From: Xylographa opegraphella
Lineage: Eukaryota
Assembly (NCBI GenBank): GCA_022813865.1
Contig: JALDZX010000003.1
Coordinates: forward strand, 682,001-727,134
Reading direction: 5' to 3'
Length of the DNA stretch: 45,134 nt
In this document: positions 25,902 to 41,327 of the stretch, piece after piece
How the letters are laid out: every line of letters starts with the position of its first letter
Position numbering within the stretch: the first letter of the stretch is position 1
Program-made: the position numbers and the translations under genes
The notes under the pieces: model-generated
The model's input: only the letters and a program-made list of their open reading frames with translations
Databases searched by the model: none
Told to the model about the DNA's origin: nothing

Positions 25902-28900
25902 GGCCGGAGGAGTGAGCACTGGACTGAAGATGGGAAGGGAAGGGAGAGAGTGGCATGATGGGAGGAATCCCAGAAATCAACCTCATCTTAAGCAGCACAG
26001 CCTGTGAACACCTCAGGAAATCCATTGCGGTCTTTTTTCCTGTGTGACGTCCAGGTTAGCGGAGTAAGGCTACCGCCTCTACAGAGGGGCCCAAACATGA
26101 CTGTCACAGAAAACCCGATCAAATGTACGGTGAAAGCAAAGAAGGCAAGCCGCCAAGGGACTGGGATCCGGTGGAGCTACTGGGGTGACACGGGCGGGGG
26201 TTCTGGGGGCTCTGAGGGTCTGGTGCCAATCGGACGTGCCAGTGCTCATTCGCGGGATTGCATCGAAAGGCGGCTATGGCTGACGCCCGGGTAGTATAGG
26301 GACGGACGTTGTCGAACAACCGCAATCATCAGTTCGGACACCTCCTCGAACCCTGCACGGGCTGGCGGGCCACGTGACGCTAGCGTGCGGCTGTGCAACA
26401 GGTAGCGGCAGCCGCCAGAGACCAGTCACGTCGGTTGTCGTGTCACCACACCCGACGATCATCTCCAAATTGGGTAATGGTCATTCGCCCTTTAGGGCTT
26501 CAACCAGCATAACGGTGCGTGCAAGCATGCATTGTGCATAAGGTAATTAAGCTCCGTGGCTGGTGCTCTTTGGGGGCCAAAACTTGTCGAATTTAACTCG
26601 CTCCTAACCTCACCGCATTGTAGGGTCGCGCCAATTTTCAATCAGGTCGATGATTAGTTTACCGGCGAGACCTTGCATCATTCCAAACGCTCTAGGTACC
26701 TTATGTTCCCCCTATAGTCCTCGGCTCCGATCGTTATGTGAACGGAATAGTCAGCACTAACTTACCTTGTCGTCCGGTCCGAGCCATAGATTTGGATCTA
26801 TGTACTCCGTACCTAGGCTTGACATCAAGCACTGGCTGAGATCATATCCCAAGTCACCTATGACTTGCATGACATAGGCGGCGAGTCGCCCTTCGGCGCA
26901 GTCAGATCTTGGTGCTTGCCTTATTCCGTAGGCTATGTGCTCGCTTCCGGCTCTACCCCATGTTGTTTTCGCATTACAAAGATCGTTTATGTCGAATTAT
27001 TCTCTACGACAGATCGAGCCAATAAACTGGGGACTGGGGACCCCAACACCTCCGTCAATTGTCTAGTTACTCAAACGGGTACTATAGCGGTCTTCGACAC
27101 CGCCACTGCATCGGATTCTGCTGGCGGCATGGTGATTGTTTCCTGATTCCTATGAGCGTTGTTTTCTTCCATGATCAGATCACTTTCGCCTTTTCGGATG
27201 CGCACACGAAATAAGGAGGAAGAGTTAAATCGCACCCAACGCTCCTCATATTCGTACTCTTACCAGAGGCAATGACAATAATGAGTGCAGTGACGGTAGC
27301 ACAGGTTCAAATGTACCTGCGTCTGTTTGCCGAATCCATGATGTCTTTGCCGAATTCAAAGAGACGCTCGGCAAGGCGAAGCAGAGGCAGAAAACGGCGG
27401 TTGCAACTTTACATAGCTGTCCAGACCGCGATGTTAGCGTGGGCTCTATTCCACGTCCTAATTAGATACACGGTTTTGAGCGACTGGGGCTCTCAGGCCT
27501 GGCTTGAGAATAATGCAGCACAAACCTTGTGGCCAGATCTTCTTTATCGTTATCATACTGTCAATGTTCGTAAGCCATTACAGATGGTCCAGGGCATATT
27601 TCAAGTATCGCACAATCGCATGGAGTGGGATTTCGCCTCCTCAGCAAGGCAAGTCTGGTGGTGTGTACAAGATTGGAGAATACGGAGGACTTAGAAAGGG
27701 ATTCAGGGTGTTCAACCAGTAAAGCGGATATATCTGTTGAAGCAAGGCGATCCTAGATGGCTGGGCCCCAGCCCCCCCAGGAGGGGCCCACCTATATTAT
27801 AGTGGACCACCCCCATAGACTTCATAGATTAATGAACTCACGTTATACACTTCAACAATATCCTCCTTGACATATCGTCCTTCAGCTCTTGTACTAAAAA
27901 GAGTTAGCGAGGTACCAATACGCCATATTACTATACACTTACAAATAATACCTTTGCGCATTTTCCCAAGCTTTTATTGCAGCGTAGCTGCTAGCTTCCG
28001 CGGGGCCTTGGCTTTCCACAACGCTGCATATTGAGCAAGAGGTCCCCTCACGCTGGATCACCTGGTAATTAGTGTTACTCGGTTCGTGTCGCAATCTGCT
28101 CTTGGAATTTCGAGAATACCGCGACTTTGCTCAAGCCTCGTGCGGATAATTTGGGAGCAGGCTTCGAATATCCTCGGATAATAACCCGCTGAGGCCCAGT
28201 TCAGAACACATGACGGTTGATTCGAAAGCCACAAAATTTTTCGCGGAAACAAGTCGAGGTGGCACAGCACTAATTCCGAACCTTGAAGCGAAAGGGTCGC
28301 TTCTGTAACAAGAAGTCGAATATTGCACCATCGTTCGATCTCTTCAATGGTCTCAAATATAGGAGGATCAGATTCACCAAAGAGAAGGGCAAGAGAAGGG
28401 CAAGAGAAGGTCCGCCACCTAATGGTCCAGGCTTCTGAGACTTTGGATTTGCAAAGTGATCGAGGATCCGGGATAAAGCATGAAGCTGCAGGAGGCTCGT
28501 GAACGATCCTTGCGTTTCGCCCTCCATTAACTCCATGACTAGGTGGCCGCGACTCCGCTTATCTTCGAAGAAATCTCAGACTTTGGGCACTCGAAGTATA
28601 CCATGATCCAAAACCTGGTATGCCTTCTCTTGACCGTATGCCTCATATTTGGTCACCCCATTTCCAAATTTGACCGCGACGCTTTCGAAGAGTTTGAGAA
28701 CGCTGTCCCCGTATGGCGTGTGTGATATGAGGTCTTGGGGTCTAGCCTTGTTGCACCTGTCAATTATATCGTATCTGCTTGATAAGACCATTTCTGCTAC
28801 CCTTCAAGAAATAGATTTCCAAGTTAAACTTGCCTCAGTCCCTCAGACGGGGCGCACTAAGCCCATGCGGGTTAGTGCTTTACTCACTAACAGGTTAGGA

Positions 28901-29939
28901 GCAACCACGTCTGAGCCCAACTTCCCGTAATATTGATAATTTACCGCAATCTTGGTCGGAACCCCCTAAATCATTTAATTTAAGATCTGATTGGTTGAGT
29001 ACCCTGGCCTTGCTTAGCTAGATACTGCGTAAACAAGTTAGGGCCCGCAAAAGATTCTCTGAACGTTATCTAAAAGTTCAGTTCAACGATCTTGGTAAAT
29101 TAAGGTAGTAGATGCAGGAGAAATAACCCTCACAAGGATTATTCTAGGTCCATCCCTACCACAAAGAGGCCTGACGCCCAATGCAAGCGCTGTTACAGCG
29201 AGATGGCATACCTAGTTAGCACATCCAAAATTTCGGTCTTCGTGGATAGAGGTAGAAGAATCCTTATATATCTGACGCGAAGCAAGGGCTTCCGGGGCCT
29301 CACTGCTGACAAAGGACGCAACATAAGCAAATATCGTCTGGTTTCAACCTGTTCATACTCTCCGTTAGAGTGTCTGGAGACGCCCACGCGAAGCTTATAT
29401 TGTCCTATCCCAGAGCGAGTTAAGCTGATCCATAGAATTCACGCTTAGAATATGTATTCACGGTCGCTGGGCACGCGGGGTTTCGTTGTGATCCACGAAT
29501 CGGGCAGGGACCACGCCGTCAGTTCAACTACCATGCTCAACGAAACCCAAGATATTTAGACTACCTTTGCATCTATCTTCTGCAGCGGGATCCCGAAGAT
29601 ACTGGATTCGCGGCAAAGCCGGTTGCTGGAGATTCATTCATAGCAACTCGTCTATACAAACTCTATTTGAACTGTCGAAAGAGATTTCCGCACACACTCT
29701 GACTTGGGAGTGTGGCTTGTTATTAAGCTAAACTTCAATTCCTGTTGATTGCCTGGGCCTCTGCTGGAGTATATACTATACCTATATATTACGTGCATTT
29801 TTGTTTCGTGCTCAGAACCTTTTGCCAAATCATCTTCATATGCGGATCGAAGAATCTGTTATGTTTCGAAGAGCGGCGCTTGCTCGCTCTCAATTATTCC
29901 GTTGATGTATCGCCATTATTCCATGCACTGTCATCACCC

Positions 29940-31216
29940 TCAAGAACTGGGTGCTGCACCACCGAGCTGCATGAATACCATCAGAACAGCGCTGTATGCT
30001 GCTGTTGCTGCAAGGACATCGAATGGCTTTGCGACTGTCACTATACTCAATATGCCAGCGAAGCCAACAATAAAGCCTGTGATTATGCCGAGTCGACTTT
30101 GGAGATTAGACTCGTCGGCAGTGATCTGCTGTAACCACCAAAGTGGGCCGATAAGCATTCCTAACCCGGTACTCATGACTATGAAGGTCACCGCCTTGTC
30201 AACTCTTGTGTCCTCAGTATATATTGTCGTCCTGGATTGCGTTCCATTAGACTTTGCGTACTTTGTTAGCGAGGAAGAGCTGTTTACGTTGACACTTAGC
30301 TGCCTTACCTTGTTAGTTCTGAAGAGATGCAGAAAGTCCGATTTCTCTATAAGCCTGCGTAGTGGTACCTTAACTTTTGGAACCACTGGAACTAGGTCTC
30401 CAGCTACCTCTATGAAAGACGCTTCGTCTTCTCGAATGGCGAATTCGTTATTGAAGAGCCAAGCTTTGACATTGTCGACCTGGTGCTTCGTTGCATCTGG
30501 CCGGGCTTTCATTTGCGCATGGTTCAGAATGAATTGATCTGGATCCTCATTAGCTCCGCAGCTGAATGCGACAGAGAGAAGTACTATATCTCTCCAGGCT
30601 TACAGCAATTGCTTCTAGAAGCTCCTGTCGGCGTATCGATTCATCGCCTCGAAAGTCGCCATTGTGCAAAATTTGGTCTCGGCATTGCTGATCCACTACA
30701 TCAAGCTCTGCTGACAGGCTCGAAATACGGTCTTGCAGCATCAACGCTACTCGTGCGCTCAAAGCACCAAACCTTCGGACAATGAATAGATCATTGTCGG
30801 ATGCCATCCATTCCGAAAATGCAGAATAACCCTTTCTAATCTGAATTTTAGCTGGGACCACAGATATAGCTTGGGATCTCAACAGCAAAATGAGAAGATA
30901 CGTACAAGCACCAATGCTTTTCACTTCCACTGTGGTAAGTTGATTGCGTGAACGGGCCCCCTCCAACTTGGCATGTTCCGCCAATTTGAGGATTCTGTAG
31001 TTGAGCCATTGTGGGAGTGGTGGTAGTGGTGGGACTTGCTGGCGGTGAAAGTATAGCGCTTGTACCGTTTCCATAATGTACTTGAGCTTGCTGACCCAAA
31101 GGATAGGTTGTACCAGATGAGACTTGAGGACGTCCAGCTCCGCCATATTGTTGTGGATTGACCAGAGGGGGTGGTTGAGGAGTTGTCAAACTAGCCAATG
31201 GAATTCCTGGGCCCAT
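29940..31216 (-). CDS. DUF6594-type protein with a C-terminal hydrophobic (TM) segment; 3 exons
   Basis: Motifs GYSAFSEWMASDNDLFIVRRFGALSARVALMLQD.I and hydrophobic GLGMLIGPLWWLQ..LGIITGFIVGF..AATAAYSAVLMVF. Introns 30836-30905 and 30539-30584 restore the frame. Confidence 0.82.
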
Positions 31217-31648
31217 GGTATACTAAGGGTAGGCGCCGATTACTGAATGCGATTAAAGAAATGCAGATACCAAAGTTTACGGCACCGCTACCACCGCCGT
31301 GAGGAAGTCTGCGACCAGAAGCCTATATATGACGAAGTCGTGGCTGTGCTTTGTGGCTACGAACGAAGTTACGAAGCCAGCTGAAAGTGTTTCGGGTGTA
31401 ATCCCTTTCGAGGGGTAGAAGGCAAATCGTATCGACGATCGACCACCCCTGCATGACTTGCTAGTATGCCTCTCGGCTTGGCACTATTTCCACAGCCTTG
31501 TGTATCTGTGCAACACACCAATACGATTCCAGCTGTTGCCTTCTCCCTGGTCTCTCATACTTTCCGACAGCTTCCAGGCTGACAATGGTACACGAGCCTC
31601 AATTTGCCTGCTTTCCTCACAACGAGAGCCACCACTCAGTCATTAAAG

Positions 31649-32724
31649 ATGCCGTCTCCTTACGTTCCCGGGCTTTCCTCTAGCGTCGCAGGCTCTCTTT
31701 ACTTGTTATTCTCTCGTTGGCAAGCCTTGTCGAGTGGTTCCAGCAAAGCGCCCCGATACGAGCGACGGGGCACCGCGACAAACCACGACGGAGCCATGTT
31801 CTGAAACTTGAACTCTACGATACCCATTCGAACGACACCTGTATCGGTACTGCGGATTGCGCACTGACAAGTCAGATTTCATTGACTGCTTTTATCGACG
31901 AGGGCGTTCGGTTTATTTGAGAAATGACTGACGAGCAGTTCAATTACTAGTGGAAGAAGGCGAGGCAAATCATTCAAGCCTTCAATACTAAAGACGAAGG
32001 CTACACGAGAGGTGCTACGGAACACCAACTCTCAGAGAGGCCCCCCAGCGATGCTCCACCACCACGTCGTCGCATCACAGCAACAAGCGGTAGCGGCCAC
32101 GGCTCTTTGCAGGCGCCTTCAGTATACAGTCCCCCTCCACAGGGGCAAGTACGGCCTCCTATACAAGGGCAAGCATGGCCACCTCAGTAATTCGGACAAA
32201 CCTCTCAGCCATATCAGAGCTACCCCTCGGCTTACGCACCAAACTCACCGCCATCATCAAACCAATATTCACCCCCACCCTCGGTCCATCATTATACTCC
32301 CCCGCCCCAATAGCCTTCGACACCGTATCAACAGTACTCGCCTCTTCTGACGCATTATAACCCTTGTCCATCACAACCGAGCGCAAGATATGGACAACCG
32401 GAGAATTCCACCTATGGAGTTGGGACTTACTCACCTCAGACGGGATCATCTACACAAAACTCATCTGGCTACAGTAACCCTCCTTCTAGAGAACATAGTT
32501 CTGGGTGGCTTGGGAACAATGGCGACCCGTATGGTAATCTCGTTCAGGAGCCGCGCTCATATTACCAACAAGGGCAGTCGTACGGATCAGTGACTGGAAA
32601 CAACACTCGATACTCCCCAAGTTCCAATCATCCACAACAGGAGAGTCACTATGGTCGTTCTACGGCCGAGGCAAACACTTCGGAGACCTGTCATCATGGA
32701 ACTCGGATAATTGTTATGTCGTAG
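31649..32724 (+). pseudogene. Probable pseudogene of a P/Q/Y/S-rich low-complexity protein; not visible in the ORF track
   Basis: One frame from 31951 to TAG 32722-32724 reads WKKARQIIQAF..PPQGQVRPPIQGQAWPPQ*FGQTSQPYQSYPSAY..PPPQ*PSTPYQQYSP.., broken only by TAA 32188 and TAG 32311. Short spliceable exons lie upstream (31649-31950, uncertain). Confidence 0.6.
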
Positions 32725-33709
32725 GTTTTATTTCCAATACCAGTATCAGGGAAATAACTGTAATCTGATACTGAATATAGTTGTGAGCACTGTGCATATG
32801 AGAGGGTCCAAGCTAGGAGACGTGTGGAATGACACGGAACCACGGTTAGAGAATGTAGGCATTCATCGCAGATCATAAATGATTTGATACGACTTCAGTA
32901 TTTGAGATCTAGAATGAACAAATTGCCGCTGTAGGTAGTCTTGCGCTTGGACATAACCCTTCGCTTAGCCCCTTTATACAAACACTCAACTAATAGTCAG
33001 CTAGGCATAATGATGGTGCTTTAGTCTAGGCGCTTTTGATCTTGGATGGAACCTGTGTACTCGCTCAACCTATTGATAACTCTATCGGTATCGCGACTTC
33101 ATCAATGCACATCCACGATTTTTGTCTCGGTAACAGCCTCAGGACCGAGAAGGAGTGCTTGGACAATCTGTAGGCTCGCAATCCTGGTATCTCGATACGG
33201 GGATGGAAGCATCGCGGGTCATTCTAAGCTTGTGTTTTGCTATTCGCCGAATGCCACATGGGAAAGTAGGTGTGGTCCTCCGCTTGGGCCACAGCATCTT
33301 GAGTAACATTCCGGCATGATACAAACAGCTGGCCAGTTCAGTGCGAAATTCGTACGATCGCTACAATGATAGACCGTTTATAGAAAGCGGAATTGATCTT
33401 CTTTGACTATCTTGTCCTGACACTCCGTTGATCTGATCTGCGCATTTAGCCCCAAGACGACCGTATCCTTAGTCATTCTCAATACCACTGATCTGTAATT
33501 CCCAATGACGTGGGAATAGCAAAAATCTCAAAGCCGCATGCGATTGTTGGATACTTATTGGTTCGAGCACGCGGCAGCCGGTCCGCTTTCCAAAATCGTG
33601 GGGTTCGTAAGGTATCTTATGGTGGTCTCTCTCCACTTTCATTATAGAAGAAACCTTTACTTTAGGTACCCGTTCCGGTTGATGCGCATTTTGCCTGGTA
33701 GGGTAGGTA

Positions 33710-33977
33710 CCCTCGCGGTGGTCACAAAAAGCGGGACGTACTAGCCATATTAGAACATAAATATTGAGAACGCTGGAGTTTCTTTCTAAATCATTTACGC
33801 ATTTGCGTCCATTAATCAATTAAAATTTTCAAAAATGGCTTACATATCTGCCAAAAATCATCAATATAAATAGTAGGTAGGCAGAAAAATAATATATAAC
33901 TAATTTATCTGTTTACAAAATGATCGCAGTGCCGAATTAATGCTTAGTACGTCCCGCTTTTTATGACCACCGCGAGG
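33710..33977. mobile_element. MITE / non-autonomous Tc1-mariner-superfamily element (~268 bp)
   Basis: 33-bp TIRs CCTCGCGGTGGTCA(C/T)AAAAAGCGGGACGTACTA at 33711-33743 and 33945-33977 (1 mismatch, one extra C at the left end). TA on both sides (33708-33709, 33978-33979). AT-rich non-coding interior. Confidence 0.85.
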
Positions 33978-34227
33978 TACCTTAACCGCCTCTGCCAAGA
34001 CAGCGCTAGTTTTCTCTATTACCCCACACTTCAAAGTAGGAGAAACGGTCTATTAGATAGTTGTACTTCCACTATTTAGCAGTCTGACGCCCACTCGTGA
34101 CAGATTTCTGATAGTTTACCAACGTTCTTCCTTGCGCGTCTTGCTTCCTTTGCCTTGTGTATGCTACATGTTCTTGATATATGGAAGCCTTACAGCTCCT
34201 ACCGATTGATCGATACCTACTCTAAAC

Positions 34228-37500
<3,273 letters not shown>

Positions 37501-38404
37501 CCGTAGCCGTAGCGGGTATTTAAGCGCCACCCGACGGTTCCGCTCTCGTTACATCGAATAGCTTCCTTACCTACCACCTTACCCACACCAAGGTTGCGTG
37601 TCCCACCACCGGCTGGCTGCTCCAGCTTCAAGCTACCTCATTTAAGGTAAATAATAAGCCAGTGGATCACGTGTCACCCCTCCCGTCTTCAACCTGCTCA
37701 ATCCCAGCTTCACTACTGTGATACCCGCCTGCCCCTTATCCACCCTGCTCTATCCCTCCCTCGCTGCCATCGAAACACGCAAACACCGCAACCCTCCCCT
37801 TAGCGCGCCCCGGCCTCCGGAGCAGGGGGCGCGCTTTACACGCAAGCCCCCCGGATAGCCATTGCGTGAGAGCGTTAGCTTCGCGGCTTCGGGTGCGAGG
37901 CGTTGTTGGATGAACAGGGGTGCGCTGGACAATAACGAACGAGTACTGTTAGCATCAAATAACGTAATGGCAACACCTTCTTTATATATTTCCAAAGCAG
38001 GTTTTCAAGCCGTGCCAATCAGCGCTCACAGGTTCATGCATTTACGAAATGATACAGGGTTCATCTACCCATTGAGATAATAGAATGACAAACGATATAT
38101 GTTGCGATGCCAAAACGCTAAAGCAAACTAACGTTATTCCCCCCGGCGACCGTAGTTAGCTTGAATATACTAGAGCTTCTGCAATAATTTGATGGAGCCC
38201 TACTGTAGTACGTTAACCATTGTGATATACACACTCAATAACACTCAATACAGCAGAAGGGGTGAATATACTGAAGAATGCTGGTAGGTTCCACTGCAGG
38301 GGTTATAGCGTGGCACTAACAACTATTATGCCTGCAACCACAGTATGTATTGAACTGGGTGTGCGGGCAGGGAGTACGTCCGGCCAGGCCCTCGCCCTCA
38401 GTCG

Positions 38405-38493
38405 AAGGCAAGGCAAGGCAAGGCAAGGCAAGGCAAGGCAAGGCAAGGCAAGGCAAGGCAAGGCAAGGCGAGGCGAGGCAGGCGAGGCGAGGC
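38405..38493. repeat. (AAGGC)13 microsatellite degenerating into GAGGC units
   Basis: Perfect AAGGC units at 38405-38469, then GAGGC/AGGC variants. Confidence 0.95.
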
Positions 38494-39256
38494 GGGGGCG
38501 TGCGAGGTGGCGTTCGGACACCGCCAGCGCACGCCGTCGGCCGCCTGGGCAGAGGGGTTTAGAAAGTGGAACGAGAGGAAAGGAAGAGTCATCGGGTCGG
38601 GGAGAGAAAAACCCCCGTTCGATTTGAGGCTCTAGGGCCTGTTGATTATTATTCTACTCGGTACTGAAAGTCTATATTCCTGACCGCTATTTTGTGCTGT
38701 ATATGGAGGACCGGCCTGTATGGTGCCACGAAGTGAAGTCTAGTACTTTTTGTCTATCGGTCGTGCCGTCCCCTTCCCCCCCCTCCAACCCGCCCCCCTA
38801 TTTTTTTTGTGGTGCCCCGTCCTGGTCTAAGAAACAATCCGTCTGTGCTCGTTTGGCACTCATCGCGCTTTTGATATGGTCGTACTGTCACCAAGCCATT
38901 CTACCAAAGTGCACCATTCGATGTGAGGGCCAGCTCGACCGTGGATGAGGTCGAACCGAGTGTCATACGGTGCTGTGGTGGAAACCCTCGACCGTGATCG
39001 AAGCAGGGACATCTAGTGGTGAAATGAAGCGTGAACAGTAGAGTGAAGAGAAGTGTGAAGAGAAGCGGGAAGTAATGAAGCGCGAAGATGGACAAAGTAG
39101 CTTTTTGAGCTAGGGGCGACAGCTTCTGCAAGGAGAGAAGCCCAGGCCCCCCAGAAGTGAGCGGTACATGCTCAGAGTAGCCGATCATGATATGCTCTTG
39201 TGTCGAATGTCTATGTCCGCTTCTTTACTAGAATGGATACCGTGTTGTGTGGGTGA

Positions 39257-41327
39257 TCAATACAGATCTGGCGGATTTCCACTATCGGTCCATTCTATGT
39301 CATTGATATCGTCTGTGTTGCCCCCGAAAGGAAGATCCGGTGCACAGTCTTTCTGTATCCTGGATAGGTAGCTGACATTGTGGGTGACAAGGGCATTGGT
39401 CTGCAGACTTAGATCATTGCGAGCGTCTGCAGTCTGGTGTTGTCGAGCTGGCAAGCCAGGAACCAGAAAATCACTGCCATCTTGACCATCCAGCCCCAGC
39501 GTAGCATTATAAAGGCCAAACGGACTCAACGGTACGAGTCCCTGAGTCGGGGGGATCCAAGACCGCTGTTGTGCGAGTAAAGCAAAGAGTATATCAAAGG
39601 CATCCTGGACAAGCTGTTCTGCACGTGCAGGCCCCTGACTCTCCTCCAAGCTTGACTTCAGGTCTTTGGTTTCCCTTTCGGGCCACGTGAGGCGTTGTGG
39701 AGGTTGTCCTCCAGCGAACAGAGTAGACAAGCGTTTTCGCCAAGGTTCTCTTACAAAATCCTGGGACAGAAGCACTTCTATGACTGTTGAGTTATCCCAC
39801 TGAAGGATTATGGAGTCTTGTAAATGATCTGTCAGGTGGTTTTGGTACCTCGTCCAATCAGGACATAGAACCACAAGCGTGTGCTCCTTTGCTCTTCGCA
39901 AATCGAACATCCCTGTTCAAGCAAAGGCTCCCTGCGCAGATACCATGACGTTTGAGATGGTTGAGAAAACCATCCTTTCGCTTGAAGTGGCGTTGTAAAC
40001 CGGACTTGAAGGCTTGATAACATTTTTCGAAATTGTGCGCAATCATGAAGTGGTTGACATCCGGATCGTTGTGATCGCAGACAGCACAGACTCCGTTGCC
40101 ATCAACTTTGGTAACGAGTCCTACAGGTGGACAACAGTACTCACCTTCGTTTCGATGCACTTCCTTTTCATGTCTGCGCAAAGAAGCTTTCAATGTGAAA
40201 GATTTCCGACAAATGTGACACAGCAATTTGCTTTTACACTGGTCCTGTCTTTGACCTGCAGAACCCGAGAGGGAATGCCTTTGCCGTGGGGCGTTTTCAG
40301 CTTGAGGTGTGATCCGAGTCGAAAAGATTGACGATCCGGTTGAATTGGTGGTATAAGCTCCCAGCCCTTGTACATCTTCCTGCAATGCTCCAAGCTGATA
40401 GGCAGTAGGGGGAGGGTTTTGGCCCGAACCACGGGAACTTGAAGCTTCCGTTGAGACACGTTGTGCTTGTGTAGTCTGGAAAGCGTCAGTGTTGTGCTTT
40501 ATGCGTTCGTGAGCTGCCAGAGCTAGAATGGTATTTTGCGGTATGACTGGAGAAGGATGAGAGAAATCATCACTTGAGGATGCAAGTAAATTGAAACCGT
40601 CCATATAGAGATCTTGGAGCGGAGGACCACCGGCCAGAGGGGTCTGACGTAGTTCATACTGAGTTTGTAACTTCGGTTTCGAGGACGGTAGGGGTCCAAA
40701 AGACTTTGTAGACAAAAATTGGGGGAAAGCTCCATGCACACCATAAGGAGGATTTCCAGAAAGTGTGTCAAATTGATCGGGAGACTTGATCGTGACGAGA
40801 CTATCGAAGAACCCATTAGTGATATATGATTGCCTCGTCGATCGAGTCAGAGTGCCATCCGTTTGGCAGGAGTCATCTACTTGTCGTTGATGACGATCGG
40901 ACGGTTGGATGTCTCGCCGATTGAAGATATGGATGTCTGGATTTAATTATCCTTGATCAGCTAGGTGCAAGTGAGCTTCACCTGCTCTCAATTCAAGCTT
41001 ACCTTCAGAGTCCGAACGACGATATTCAACAGGATGCAGCGGACTAGCCCCTGGCACATGGACTTGATGTTGATATGCCATCCATTGAATTGGCTCTGGC
41101 GGGTACGCATCAAGGCCAGCGGATGTGATCCGCGCATCAGTTTGCAACACACTGGCAGCCGGCTTTTGGAAAGAGGTTTGCAAGGCATCGTCGCCCAGCT
41201 TCACCGAAGGATCTACAGGTATGGAGTCGGTAGTGGTCGGCTTAAGGAATAAATAGCTTGGTCTGCGAAAGTCGTTAGGCGATGCACCAGGGGCCGCGCG
41301 ACGTGCGGCCATTGATGGCTGCCACAT
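39257..41327 (-). pseudogene. C2H2 zinc-finger protein gene with a frameshift at ~39869 (paralogue A)
   Basis: Exon 1 (ATG 41327 or 41312) splices via intron 40937-41002 into the ORF carrying CHICRKSF..LRRHEKEVH and FKRKDGFLNHLKRH. After AHACG, similarity to paralogue B continues in another frame (W.RYQNHL.DHL..W.NS.VI..LL). Confidence 0.7.

Noticed and set aside
27272..28930. Short ORFs and a small palindrome (~27761-27773) in the long intergenic region
   Set aside because: No recognisable domain, coherent exon chain or paired TIR/LTR. Degenerate gene or TE remnants cannot be excluded.
38019..38070. Box C/D snoRNA on the minus strand (TAGATGA...CTGA)
   Set aside because: Degenerate C box, only ~50 nt long, and no convincing rRNA or snRNA antisense match by eye.
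38262..38627. ORFs with QGKAR / LALPC repeats
   Set aside because: They are translations of the AAGGC microsatellite.
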